A stretch of 64,000 nt of DNA from Epiperipatus broadwayi (taxonomy: Eukaryota; Animalia; Onychophora): assembly GCA_028023455.1 (NCBI GenBank), contig JAQFVV010000006.1, forward strand, positions 12,028,001 to 12,092,000, read 5' to 3'. Below the pieces are notes generated by a model. It ran no database searches and was not told where the DNA came from. It was given only the letters and a program-made list of their open reading frames with translations. The stretch's first letter is position 1. The number at the start of each line of letters is the position of its first letter. The translations under genes were made by a program, and so were the position numbers. Positions 11,291-25,185 of this stretch are shown here, piece after piece.

Positions 11291-14200
11291 AATTATATTA
11301 AGTTCAGTATAGACAATATATACTTGTACTTAATATTGTATATATAATACTGATATATTATAGTAATTATAGTAGTAGTTACAATCAAAATAGAGTAATC
11401 ATGTAGTAATAAAGATAATAGAAAAATTACAATTTTTTTTGACAAAATTTTGTTCACAACCATAATTTCTCCTATTAAACAAACAAACCTTTTTAAGTGG
11501 AAACTATTAACAAAAACATGGATATAAATATTCACATGCGGCTAGCCACAATTCAATACAAATGCATAACATCCTTACCTTTAAAAGAATCTTATGAAAA
11601 CTTCCTTTAATATTACGGATTCTTGGAATTTATATTGAATTGTCAGTAATTATATGCATTGTTACATTTTTATTTTCAACTGTCAACCTCACTCCACTCA
11701 CAACTTTGATACTATCCACCTCAGATAAATACAATAATGATTATTACTAATCATTTACTAAACTAGAGATTATCTGTAGCACAGATATAAACTGTAAACC
11801 TCAGTTAAATATTAATTATCTGATTTTTAAAATTTTTAACATAAACACGCATGGAGTTATTCACCTTTCTCTTTCCCATGTGTAATATCTTTAGAGATAT
11901 ATTAAACAACCTCCATACTTCACCATTCTTTTTAAATTCATATAAATAAAGATACAATAAAAGACAAATGACCCCCAAGATGCATTTATTTATAAGTATA
12001 TTAATAGATTTCACTTGGGAGGGTCTAACTGTTCAATGGGTAAATTCATAATTGTGAAGAAAATTTCATATGAAAATTGTAATTTCACTGGTGTACATTG
12101 TTTATGTATAAAAATTGTGATAAAATATTATTTTTCTATAAACACATATATTCAAATTACTAAAGTAATTGAAAATAATTCATATTGGAAAAACATCTTT
12201 TTAACAAAAATTAACAATAACAGTATGGAGGGTTAAAAACAAAATAAGCAATAAGTTAGTTTTTCAGGAGGTCATATGCCATTTGAACATCAAAAATGTT
12301 AAGCTGAGCCATTAATCTACCATTGTGTTAAATGAACTTCAATAGGCATTACTGATATTGAAAATATAAAAAATCATTGATAACCAAATTTTCTGGGTGG
12401 TCATGTTAAGTTTGAGCACCTGAGGTAACAGCTGAGATGTGCTCAAAATTTTTTTAGGTCTTGAATATATCACATCACTCTATTATAGCCTTAGACTGAG
12501 AAAATATCACCACCATTAATCCTCTTATGGTATTTTTTTTCTGATTTAAGAAATGGCATTGGAAAATTGTGATTTTTAGAGCATGTGTTTGCGACAAGAT
12601 AATAAATAATAATTTATTTATTTACTCCAATAATATATAAACAATACAAAATTAATATAATTCCAAACAAGGAAATACTTGTACCAGCATTTGAAGATCT
12701 TTATGACAATAGTTATATATGACTTTTAAAATAAATATTGTAAATGAATAGTAAATATATATTTTAGTTTTCGTGTATATTCCTAGATGGGGGAAGTTAT
12801 TAATAACAAATAAAGCTTTTTCGCTTAAAGGCTACAATATGAACCTCAAATTGCACAAAATAGTAGATTTGTACCCATTCCAAGCACAAGTGGAAATGAC
12901 TTTAAAAGTAATTTTAATGTTTCTATATACTTTTAATCATTTGAGAAATGTTTTTTTTTTATTTCATGGATATATATATATACATTCATTTTTATAATTA
13001 TATGATGTTTTTAGAAAGATTTAATCTTACATTATGGGAAAAAAGTTGTTATTCTAATTACTATAAAAGGTAATCTTTGTTTTTTATTACTTAAATAAAT
13101 TTATAGTTTTTACTTTTTTAAAAAAATTGTTTAAAATTAATTTTATTAATTTGTTAGTAATAACATATAAATAGACAACACAGGCTAGTAATTATACAAT
13201 GTTTTGAGTAATAGTATTTTTGTTAAAAATATTTTTATGTAGATAAAAGTTTTATTCAAAGTGAAGGTCACACAAATTAAAAATTAAATATTACAAAACT
13301 AGTCTAAATTTACTTACATAATTATTTTGGTTAAACAAGAGTTTAAAAATGGTTAAAAGTTATAAATTTTAAGACATTTTTTCAGAAATAAAAAAAAAAA
13401 ACCCTACTAAAGGAAACATTAACTTTTTTTTAACATCAAACAAATAAATTATTTTTTTACAATAAATTAATGATTAGATAAAATTATTTATTAAAAAGTA
13501 CTTATTGAATCTTAGTAATTAGAGTACTAATTATTATAATTAATATTAACTCACTTTTTAAACATGTGATTACTACAATATTAATTTTTACATATACTAT
13601 ATTTTATACACACATTATGCAAATAATATGTTTGAAATGTTTTGAATTAGTATCTGAGTTGTAGTAATAACAAGTCCTTGATTTTTTAACTTGTGAAATT
13701 TGTAAAATAAATCAAAGCATTTAATCTAACGCCATCTATAGTAAGTTAGAATAATTAGAAATTACCCAATGATAAAATATTGAATTTCTATCCCCAGACC
13801 AGTTATTCTTTTCACTTTTATATGAGGTTTTCTATTTAAATCCTTTGCAAAAGTAAGCTGTGATAGTACTATCACATTTGACATTTAGGTGGTGCAATGG
13901 CACTGTTGTAAATTAAATTACAGTGTGTGACAGGCTGCAACAATTCTTTCTATGAAGCTTCCATTTTTAATGTATTAATTAAAAAAATCCAAGAGATAAT
14001 CAGTGGTATATGGATCTTTATGGACTTTTATATGTAATTGACAGCACATTCTCTTGTTCTAACAAAACTATGAAGAAGGTGTCAATTTGTGATTGGCTAA
14101 TGCTTTAGATTCTTTCCCCCTGCAGCTAAATCCCACAAAACATGATTTTCAGTTATTATTAATGATTATGATGCAATATTTTTGTAAAAGATTTATGATT

Positions 14201-14588
14201 AAACCAAAAACTGCATCATTGGGGAGGGGGGTGTTGTCTTTGAAAATATTTTATTTTTAAAATGATAGCATTTAAAAAGTACAGAAAGTATGTTATGAGA
14301 ACCGGAAATTGGTACAGAAACTGTTATTACAGGCTAAAAAGAAAATCATTTTTATAAAAACTGTGAAATATTTTAATAATAGTTAATAATTTATTAACTT
14401 TTAGAATTTTTTTCTTTGATGATAACTAATTCTAAATATATCATTTTTTAATAACATAAAATTCTAATATCTAATATTTAATTCTTCTAACTTTTTAATA
14501 AGTATTGTGAAGCCAATAACAATGCATTTCTTTGTTATCAATAGGATTTTCAGTTAGAAATTTATTTTCATAATGTTAAAATATTAAT

Positions 14589-15452
14589 TTAACCTTATTG
14601 CTGTACTCAATAAAAATTTTCATAAGTGGCTTTAATTTTCTCTGAAACAGCTAATTTTTACAGTACTGTAGTGAATTTAGGGTCATTTTATTGACAAAAA
14701 TGTACCGTATGATGCTGCCATATATCTAGAATTAGTTCACAAGTAAAAAATCAATAATATTTGAATTTAAAGCTACAAAAATGAAAGAAGCAGACTTTTG
14801 AAGATGCTGATTGGTTGTTTCTCATTTTCAACAAGAGGGAGTACTTGTCAACAATTTTGACACTTCTAAGTTCTTTGTTTTGATTTTCAAAATGCAAATA
14901 TATGTTTTAGAGTATTTTTTTTTTTACATAGTTATTATTATTTTTATAAAAGATGTCTGAAAATATAATTATTTAGAAGAATAGTTCAAATTTTACTAAA
15001 AATTATTTATTTTTGCAGGAAAGTAAATTGAAAAAGAAATCAATGATGTAGGCTGCATTTTGTAATAGATTACGAAACGTTCATTTTATGTTTTCTGCTA
15101 TAGATTATTTTTATCAATTATAAATAGAAATTTATTTTTGAAAAAACTTTCATTTACTTTAATAATCTGACAAATTATTAATTTGCTTTTTAGAGAATGG
15201 ACTAAAATGAATATAATATTAAAAGACAAATATATTTTTACCGCTGATTCTGTAATTGACCAATCAAAAGTTTGGTTAAAATATATTTTTATTTTAATTA
15301 TTAGAAGCCTTATATATTTATAATATAGTATATAAATTAATTTTGTAATATACATAAAAAAGATTTAATTGCACACAAAAAAATCAAACATTGCATCGTA
15401 GTAAAAACATTAATCGCTAGAGTCTATTCAAAAATTTGCCAGGTGAGGTTAA
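14589..15452. mobile_element. Non-autonomous DNA transposon-like repeat, possibly piggyBac-type
   Basis: Homologous in opposite orientation to ~46410-47054; both begin TTAA-CCTTA, and this copy ends GAGG-TTAA. Confidence 0.55.
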
Positions 15453-15799
15453 CACTGATATAATTAAAGCTATAAATAAAATATCTAACAATCAGATTCA
15501 ACTACAATTTTAAGTGAATGATTAAGTTATGCTTTATGTGGACACAATTTCAATTAAAAACATTAAATTATTTCGTATCTATAAGTTTTAATAGGCTTAC
15601 TTTTTATTATTTATTTTCATCTCTTATAAGATAATGGATCAAAAGCCCACTGCTAATGAAACATAAAAGCTTTATCCATTAGATTAGGGAATCTCAAACA
15701 CAACAAGGACCAGTAAATGAGATGTAAACCAGGTGTGGGATGTATTCAGTATCATTCTGAAACCTAAACATAAACTACTTACATGGTATCACATGACTT

Positions 15800-16120
15800 A
15801 AAATGGCTGTGTAACAAATAACTTCCATTCATAATTTTCATTAGATATTCATTAGACCAGAGACTATCCACTTAATTCTGTAGTGTAATTTTAACAAGGT
15901 AGGGACTAATAGGAACTGGTTTATATCTGTTTTTAACATCTTGTGGGGAGATGTAATCATAAACACGTGACCAAAGACATGTGAAAAGTATGTATGAACC
16001 CCAAGATATACATTTCATGCTAAACCAGCACTCACCAATTGTTCCAAGTTGCAATCTCTTTCATATATCTTTATCATTGTTCAATATATATAGATAGATA
16101 GCCAATTATACAAATTAATT
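15800..16120 (-). mobile_element. Family F hammerhead element, inverted arm
   Basis: Reverse complement of the 16710-17490 unit; motif caa-ttggtga-GTGC TGGTTTA GCAT-GAAA-TGTATA-TC-TTGG. Confidence 0.75.
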
Positions 16121-16133
16121 GATGTGTTATTGG

Positions 16134-16709
<576 letters not shown>

Positions 16710-17490
16710 GAACAATGATAAAGGTATATGGTGTAGTGAAAATTACACTACAGAAATATTACTAAGTCAATAATAAACTTTAGTCTAATGAATGACGTAA
16801 TATTTCCATAACATGGTTTGGGTCAAAGTTATGAGGGTGGTAAGTTTGAAGCTTATCAATTAAACTGTAGTAATTGGCTACCTATATATCCTGAACAATG
16901 ATAAAGATATGTGTAAAAGATTGTGATCTGGGCCAACTGATGAGTTCTCGTTCAGCATAAAATGTGCAACTTTCCTGTTTTTCACATATCGTTAGTCATA
17001 TGCTTATAATTTTACCCTTCCACAAGGTGGTAAAACTAGATAGAAACCAGTTCCTACCAGACATTATCTTGGATGAGAGTAGTGTAGTGAAAATTACATT
17101 ACAGAAATATTTCTCACTAAGTGGATGATAATCTCTAGTCTATTGAATGTCTAATAAAATTTATGAATATACTTCTTTTAAGTGGTTTGTGTCAAAGTTG
17201 TGAGCATTGTAAGTTTGACACTTTTCAATTAAACTGTAGTAATAGGCTATCTATATATACATATACTGAACAATGATAAAGATGTGTGCAAAAGATTGTT
17301 ATCTGGGCCAACTGATGAGTTCTCGTTCAGCATAAAATGTGCACCTTGGGGGATCATATAACTTTTTCACATATCTTTGGTCATATGTTTATAATTATAT
17401 CCCTTCACAAGATGTTAAAAGTGAGTAGAAACCAGTTCCTATATTGCGTGAAAGCGATGAGTGTAAATTACACTACAGAAATATTATGAT
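16710..17490 (+). mobile_element. Family F tandem multimer (~375-bp period), one hammerhead per unit
   Basis: CCAA-CTGATGA-GTTC TCGTTCA GCAT-AAAA-TGTGCA at 16933 and 17308 (cores at 16937 and 17312, 375 apart). Confidence 0.8.
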
Positions 17491-17719
17491 TAACTTCCAT
17501 TCAGTATTGGCAACATTTGATGCTAGAAAATGGGTATAAAGAATGTAAATAATAAGATTTTGGTTAAACATTTAGAAAGTTTGATTTTTTTTTGTTTTAA
17601 TAGCGTCAAGATCCTTAGAAATATTGATTTTTAGAAAAGAAATCATCAAGGTCACGGTCGGGTGGCCAGCAAGTTTTTCTAGACAGTGGCTGAGATTCCT
17701 GACGTCGATAAAGGAATAG

Positions 17720-17771
17720 CCACATCACACGGGGGATACAAACTCGTGGGCTGCCAGTTTTGCGACCCCTG
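17720..17771 (-). mobile_element. hAT-type terminal sequence fragment
   Basis: Reverse complement CAGGGGTCGCAAAACTGGCAGCCCACGAG resembles hAT/Charlie MITE termini; partner end not located. Confidence 0.45.
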
Positions 17772-18725
17772 CATTAAACTGATAAGCTAAATCTGATTTT
17801 CAAATACGTTTAAAATTAGATTCGCTACATCTATTATTTTTACACTTATTTTACAACAATTGCTTTATTAATTATAATTTATAATATTAAATTCGTTATA
17901 TTTTTTTAATTATTTTTACATCTATTTAAAATTCGTGATTACAACTATTTATTTCGCAGATTTTTATTTAAATAAATCAACTCACTAAAATCCATTGGTA
18001 AACAATGAAACCAATATTAATTAAATGTTTTTAATTTATTGTAATAAACTCCGGAATTTTATTTATAAATAAATAACTTGTTTATAAAATAGACCGTTTA
18101 TTTACTTAAATAAAATTCACAAAATGAAATTCTGGATATTTTGTCTGGTTTCATTAAAAGTGATATTTGTTTAGGTTTGAAAATGTAATAAACTCCAACC
18201 ATGTCAAATCAGAATTGAGATTAGAAATTTTACATTGAATTTGTTTTGGCTCTGTCTGGAAGCTGTCCATGTGTATTCTATTTTATGGGTTGTTTGCTGT
18301 GTGTAGTTACTTTATTTAGATAAAACTTAACTGGCTGTTGAAATAATTATGACCGCTGTCTATTGCTTTTACCTCTCATCTGGAAGCTGGAGCCTGGATT
18401 TGATTGAAATGTACCTGATCACTGCGAATGTTAAAAGAAAAATTAATGGAACTCTGGGATTTTATAAGCAATTTGGATTTTCAAGTTGAAAAATGAGAAC
18501 GTTGACAGTTGAAAATTAAAGATATATGACATTTTATGATAGCAAAAATATGAAAAAGTTGTGCGTACGAATGTGTAATCATATATGTATATGAACTCGT
18601 TATACATATGTGTATATACAGGAATACGGATATGCAAATATATATGCATATTTATTCATATTCTTATTATTATTTTCTTACAAGATGTATGTAATTATTA
18701 ATTCCACCTTTATTGTTAAAAGGCG

Positions 18726-18739
18726 GTTGCCGTGACAAC
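18726..18739. promoter_or_regulatory. RFX X-box-like palindrome
   Basis: GTTGCCGTGACAAC versus consensus GTTGCCATGGCAAC, in a CpG-retaining patch; abuts a repeat fragment also seen at ~39105-39170. Confidence 0.35.
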
Positions 18740-19004
18740 AGTTTGAAATTGTTGATTGTTATTGATATTAGGATTGTCTAAGTGTTGACTGGTTTTTAAT
18801 AATTATTAATTTGAAGAAGAATTTCTGGCGCTCGCGTGCAATTATTAAATTATATGTATACTAATTATTTTACATATACTTAAAACTTTTCTACATTTTC
18901 GAAACACACAACATTCAAACGAAGTTTAAATAAACCAGCCAATCAAGTCGATATACATACATATCTCAAACTTCGTAATTAGAGTTATACTTCTGTATAT
19001 ATAT

Positions 19005-19440
19005 TACTACTAATATAATGAGCATGCTAATGGCTCTAATCAAGCTTTTCTGATAAATGCCGCAAGAGAAAGCATTCAAAATCTCTATCTAGAATTATCT
19101 CTATCCCCAAAATGGTTTCTAGTAATGGCTCTCATCAGTGAGGCACTAATATATTCAGACTCCAGATTTAAAATACCAACTCAAGCAGCATTTATCTAGT
19201 ACTTAACTATTAAGTAGAAAATCTGAAATTTTAACCTATCTGTCTTCAAATCCAGCTATCTAATTTAAATAGTCATTAGCTCAAAACCAGTTTGGGAATA
19301 GGTATAATTCTAGATATAGATTTTAAATACTTTCTCTTGTGGCATTTATCAGCAAAGCTTATTCAGAGCTATTTATTAGCATGCACATTATATTAGATTT
19401 GTAATACAAGCTTATTAAATTAAGTCATGTGATGTATGAC
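19005..19440. mobile_element. Family B element, head-to-head pair
   Basis: Hammerhead 19106-19142 (-): CTCA-CTGATGA-GAGCCATTACTA-GAAA-ccatt-TTGGG; + arm from ~19265 ends aagtcatgtgatgt. Confidence 0.8.
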
Positions 19441-20009
19441 TTGATTTTATTATTACTTTATTACTACAGATTCGATTAACTGGTTTGTTTGATTTTGATT
19501 AATTGGTTAATTTTATACTTGATTTTCAAGCATCAAACTTTCCAAATTCATAACATAAACCCCATCCACTTCAGATAAATACTTTATTGATCACTAATCA
19601 TTTATTAAAGATTGTTATATCATTCCTGACCCAGATATCTTTATATGCCACAATAATTCAGGTAGAATGGAGGTTTTAATATCTTTAAAAAATAAATAAA
19701 TCTGGTTTGCATTATTGATATTTGTTTTTCATATGTATTATTAAGTACCATCAAGTCAACACAGACTTCTGTTGATTCTACAAGTAGTATTTCTCCAGAA
19801 TGACCTATAATCTGTTTTGTTTTTCTAGCTGTTCAAAGTCATTGTGATATTAGTGTCCATATTCATCTTATTGCTGGTTGTCCTCTATTTTCATTACTGT
19901 CAAACTTTCAAACATTGTGCACATTTCTTGTAATATTTCCTCATGATACATGACAATAAAGTATTTTAAATATGAATCTTTGTGTGACTAAATCATTAAA
20001 CATCACACA

Positions 20010-20385
20010 GTTACTATTCTTTATGCTTACACAAGCTGTTTACAGAGTGGCTAAATTCTCTATACAGTAGTTCCACTCAGTGCAAACCAGAATAATTAAT
20101 GGATGAAGAAAGGTTTGTGCATAAAATCCACATCTAGTGCCTACTCATCTAATAACCCTAGACTAGTTTCTATCTTGTGGCTTTAATCAGAAAGGAGCCT
20201 TGGATCTAAGAGCACTGCACCTAGATCTTAGGATTTAATGCAACACTCCAGCAGCCATTCTTTTACCTTATTAGCTAATTATAAAGCTGTGAGTCCAAAA
20301 TGAAAATGCAATAATGTTTTCAATTCAAGTTCATTAGCTTATATAGTTATATAGATCTGAACTCAGTCTCAAGCATTTTTGACCT
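20010..20385 (-). mobile_element. Family A element
   Basis: CTGATTA-AAGC CACAA GATA-GAAA-CTAG-TC at ~20156-20195; body matches 3893-4300. Confidence 0.85.
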
Positions 20386-22159
20386 AGACTGGCTTATTTA
20401 TATATAAATTTAAGTAGAGAAGAAGGTGGAACCATCTTTTTCTTGTAAAATCTTTGCCTTGTGATTTGACTTGAGAGTCCCCTGTGCAGTCATTATCACA
20501 CCTGATTGGCTGTTATATAAGAATTTTTAAGGCACATCTGACAAAGTTTCAGCCTTTCATGTTATTATTATATAATCTGCTTGCACCTTTTAACCCCCTC
20601 TATCACTCTTTAATTTGTACAACTTTATGTGATGTGATGATGCACTGTGACTTCTCCTTAAATGGAGTCAGAAATCTCTCAGTAACTATGCCCAGAGAAA
20701 CCTATTAGCCACTTTACCTTCCATTCTACACTCTAAGTTTTCCCATATACTGCTCCATCCCATTTCCACAACATAATCTTTATCAACTCTATGGCCTTTA
20801 TATCTAAATCCCCCTTATCTTTTCCCAAACCCAGCATAAAAACCAATAACCCACTTTCTGTATAATGATACACTTTGTCATTTGGTGAACTGAGTTTTGT
20901 TTTTTTAAAAAACTCTTCAAGTTTCTAAATTACACTTTTCTTTCTTAAACTTCTTTCAATTATATTTCTGTTAAACTTTTAATAATTTTTTTCAATGAAA
21001 TTTACTTCAATATTTATTGATAATAGTTCCTTAGTATTTTTGTTTAAAATTCTTTAATTTTTTTTTATAAATCTTTAAGCTGCTTATAAATTATTTTTAT
21101 CTTAATTTTTTAATAAAAATTATGGACATGTAATACTGTTCATTAACGGTACAATATATATATAATTTCTTGATCGAAGTGGCAAAAAAGTAGATAGTTA
21201 AAGGGTTAACATTAACGTAAAAACACATTTTTATTAACAGGTAAAAAATTTTTGTTTTAGGTATTAATTTATCATATCTATGTTTTGCTCTCCATTAGAA
21301 TTTAATTTTAGTTTTTGTATTATTTGTTAGTTTATTTTATATGAAAATACATTATTATTTTTCCAGAAAGTAGAAGCTATCTAAATTAGATGTAATAGAA
21401 ATAATATATTATTCACTTTCATCCCTATGCAATTAAAAGTGCTATAATTTACATGTGGGATGAACCTGGATAATATATCTTTTATATCTGTTGTCCCTAA
21501 AAATCTTCATTTTAATATGTATATTAAGTAGATTTTACCAGCTTAATATTAATAAAATTCAGTTTTGTGGTTAGCAATGTCAAGCTTAGCTTAGCTGTTG
21601 AAAGGGTTTCCCTCAATATAATCCTACAAGCATCACATTGTCATAAGTTACAGTTCAGAACATCTTCCCTTAATTTTAACAGTCCTGTAAATAGTACAAG
21701 CCATTAAATATACAATGATGAGAATATACAATAGCATTTCAAAAGTAATAAATAAAATAAACAGTTCAATTCAAATGCTTGAGAATTCACAAGAAGTTTG
21801 AGGGCTGGAATTACTGGCACCAGGATCAATCCTAGAATCCCATATTATAGATTATGTGATACACTAATTACTCCCTGCAGTGCACAAGGCTCTGGATACA
21901 TTACTAAGACAATCTTACAAAGCAGATTCCCATAGAATCACATTTTAAAACAAACCTGTGAATAATACCTATTAAATGTTGTATCAGTGCCATTCTATTT
22001 TGTCAAATAAAAGATTGGCTTTGATATAACAAAAGGTGGCATCATCTACAGGTTTATCTTGAGATGATTTTTTAGGAATATGGTTTATAAAATTGTCTTA
22101 ATCGCATATTCAGACTTGTTTCCTCCCAGAAATAGCTTTTTATGCATAGTGTTACATAT

Positions 22160-22490
22160 ATACATGATCACTATTCTTTACTTATACAAGTTGTTTTATA
22201 CTCTCCATATAGTAGTGCTACTCGGTGAAAGTCAGAATAATAAATGGATGCAAGGTTTGTGCATAAAATTCTTATCTAGTGCCAACTCATCCAATATTTC
22301 CAGATCCTAAGATCTAGGTGTAGGGTTCTCAGATACAAGGCTCCTCACTGATGAAAGCCACAATCTAGAAGCTAGTCTGGGATATTGGATGAGGAGGCAC
22401 TAGATAGGTATTTTAAGCACAAACCTTCTTGTATCTATTGATTACTCTGGCTTGCACTAAGTGGTGCTACTGCATGGGGATTTTTGCCTC
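22160..22490. mobile_element. Family A element, head-to-head pair
   Basis: Minus arm ~22160-22304; plus arm with hammerhead 22344-22381. Confidence 0.85.
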
Positions 22491-23619
22491 TATGTAGTGT
22501 TATCTATTTGATAAGCTGCAAAATTACTCACAGGTTCATTAAAATAATTAGCATAGATAATAAGAATATTTCACAAATCAGATTTTCATGACATCATTTG
22601 CAAATATCTACTACTAAAATTGACACAAGAGGGCGTTATATAAAAGATGACTTTTTGAAAATCTGATTTGTGAATGATTCTTATAGTGACATGCATATGA
22701 AACATTATTCAGAAACATTACTATACAGCTTTGTTTGTCTGAAGATTTATGATGATGATATTGTTCTGTTTGTATGCCTGTTGTAGTATATGCTTCAGCT
22801 GTTACATACTTGTTGCAGGAACCATTTTGCATTTATCTGTGAAATGACACTGCTATGTAAAATTATGGAGCTACAGAGCACATTTTTTGGCAAAGAATGT
22901 TTCATGTATTTGGCAATTTTTATAATGACTGAAAAGTTCAAACAATGTGAAATTCTGCTTTTGTTTACAGAAAACAGCAGGGAAGACAGTTGTAATGCTT
23001 GGAACAGATTATAAATAAGTTGGTCTTGGAAAACACAAGCTTATAAGTAGTTTAACTGAAATTTTAAATTCACCACAACCCTAAAAAGTCTGGTGAGCAA
23101 ACTCTAAAGTCAAAACAAAGCTGTTTTTTTTTTTTTTTTTACGCAGATGACATTTTGTCTCAGATTTAATTAGTAATGATTGGGCCTTTTATTTGTAAGT
23201 TCTGAAACAGTCACATGATGCAGTAAAATGTAAACAACCCATTTTGTGGCAAAGAAAGGAGTGCAAGCTTCACCCCAACAAAGTGTCGTCTGAGTGTGAA
23301 ACAATTTTTAATTAAATTCAGCATGACCCAGTGTACCTCTCAGCCATATTCATTCAATATTGCTTTGTATGTGTTTTTTAATACCTTGAATGGAAAAGGC
23401 TAAATTATTTTTGTAGTTTTAGAAGTGATAAAAATAAATGACATGGACATTAAAAAGCATTACATTGAAAGTGTTTCTGGATTACTCCAAATAGTGAAAA
23501 ACATGTTTAGATTAGTGTATTGCATCAAATGGATAGTAATTTAAAAGATATTAATTTAGAACACTTAACAATAAATAAAGAATTTTTTATTATAAAATTC
23601 CAGTTACTATTGGGTATCC

Positions 23620-24090
23620 CTTATATACTAGACTATTTCTATCATCTAATATTGAATATCTTTAGAAATTTCAAATTTTATTTAAACTTTCCGAATACAA
23701 TCAACTGTTAATAATAGTATGCAGGTTAGCTTATAACACAATGTCATTTTGAGTGGTATTATTTTTCTCTTTTCTTCAGGTATTGTTGGTCTGACCCACA
23801 ATTAGCATAGAAATTGAACCTAGACCTTTAGATTAATGAATATCAAATTTGAGGTAATGCTCCAACCAATTGAGCTAACGAACAATCAGTAGAAATTCCA
23901 AATACTTATCTACCAGGGTCTTCCTGATCTCCCCATTTTTTCTCTAAGAGCAAGGTTGATTATTTACTTCCAGACATTATATACCAACTTGTGACTATTA
24001 CTAATCATTGAATGTATTGGAAAGTTTAAATAAATTTTGAATTTTTCTTAAAACATTCAGTATATTAAATGAGGAAATAGTTTACCATAT
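23620..24090 (-). mobile_element. Family G element with clear tRNA-like head
   Basis: Minus strand TAGCTCAATTGGTTGGAGCA (A box) ... GGTCTAGGTTCAATTTC (B box) at ~23805-23880, then CTGAAGA motif; inverted tail at ~23990-24090. Confidence 0.75.
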
Positions 24091-24189
24091 ATTTACAATT
24101 ATGATACAACATTTTATACTTATTTTCACAACGAGCTAATAAAAACTGCATCAGCATGTTATTAATATTATATAGTATTATCCTATAAT

Positions 24190-24350
24190 GGAGAGATACA
24201 AACTGGTGGCCCAACCCCACTCACTGAGGACACCTGTAGCAGAAACCAGTCTGGGGTGGGGGATATTCTGCAAAGTTTGTTAAGAGCTTATTTGTGAGCT
24301 CTGTATATAACCATTTGTAATTCAAGCTTATTAAATTAGGTCATGTGACA
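24190..24350 (+). mobile_element. Family B-related hammerhead element
   Basis: 24220-24255: CTCA-CTGAGGA-cacctgtagca-GAAA-CCAG-TC-TGGG; ends caagcttattaaattaggtcatgtga. Confidence 0.65.
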
Positions 24351-24799
24351 TCTGTTTTGATTTTTTTTTTGTAATGTATACCTTTATATATCAATGACTA
24401 TCAGATCAGGTGACTCATTCTTCCAAGAGCAACTCGTTTTATCCTATCATACTTCCACCTATTGCAAAATTTGAGTAATCAATGGAAAGCAGATGGTATA
24501 CTACACTCTAATGTACACACATGCACATCAATTTTTTTCTTTCATTAGTAAACATAGAATTCAATAAGCAGATTTTAATAAATGCTATAGCAAACACAAG
24601 TTTAAGATTGCAAGAACTATTCAACATATTACACCTTACACATTTGACTGAATATAAATTCAACAGAAAGTCTGGAGTTCAAACACCTCTCAATCTGAGC
24701 ATTGAGTATAAAAATTTAAAAGCAAATTGTTTTCACAGTATATTTAAACCAGTAATATATGAATTGTTTCTATAGTACTGGCTTTTTCATACCTGCACT

Positions 24800-25185
24800 C
24801 CAATATGTAGTATATAGGGGTTTGAACTCCGATTTTCACATGACCCTCAACTATCCACCCTATCTCATACTGCTGATACCCTTGATCCCACACATGTCTA
24901 AAAGATAAATAATCACCAATATACATATTTTGTGCTAAACCAGCAATCATCAGTTGATCCAGATTATCATATTACACATATATACAATAAATTCTCAGCT
25001 TATATCAAGATAGCCAATCTTCATACTTTAATGGACAGGCTTCAATCCACTCCACCCCACAACTCTTCAGCCATCCATTTTATTGAAAATATGATGATGG
25101 AACACGCTCAAAGCCCACATTGGTGCCAACCTTTTCATCCTACCCATGTTGACCATAAGTCACTCTGACCCCTCATGTATAGGGC
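24800..25185 (-). mobile_element. Family E element
   Basis: 24915-24957 (-): TCAA-CTGATGA-TTGC TGGTTTA GCAC-aAAA-TATGTA-TA-TTGGT. Confidence 0.85.

Noticed and set aside
24932-25168. Recurrent SSAIHFIEN ORFs (also 4652, 59331)
   Set aside because: Antisense of family E; no recognisable domain and frames differ between copies.
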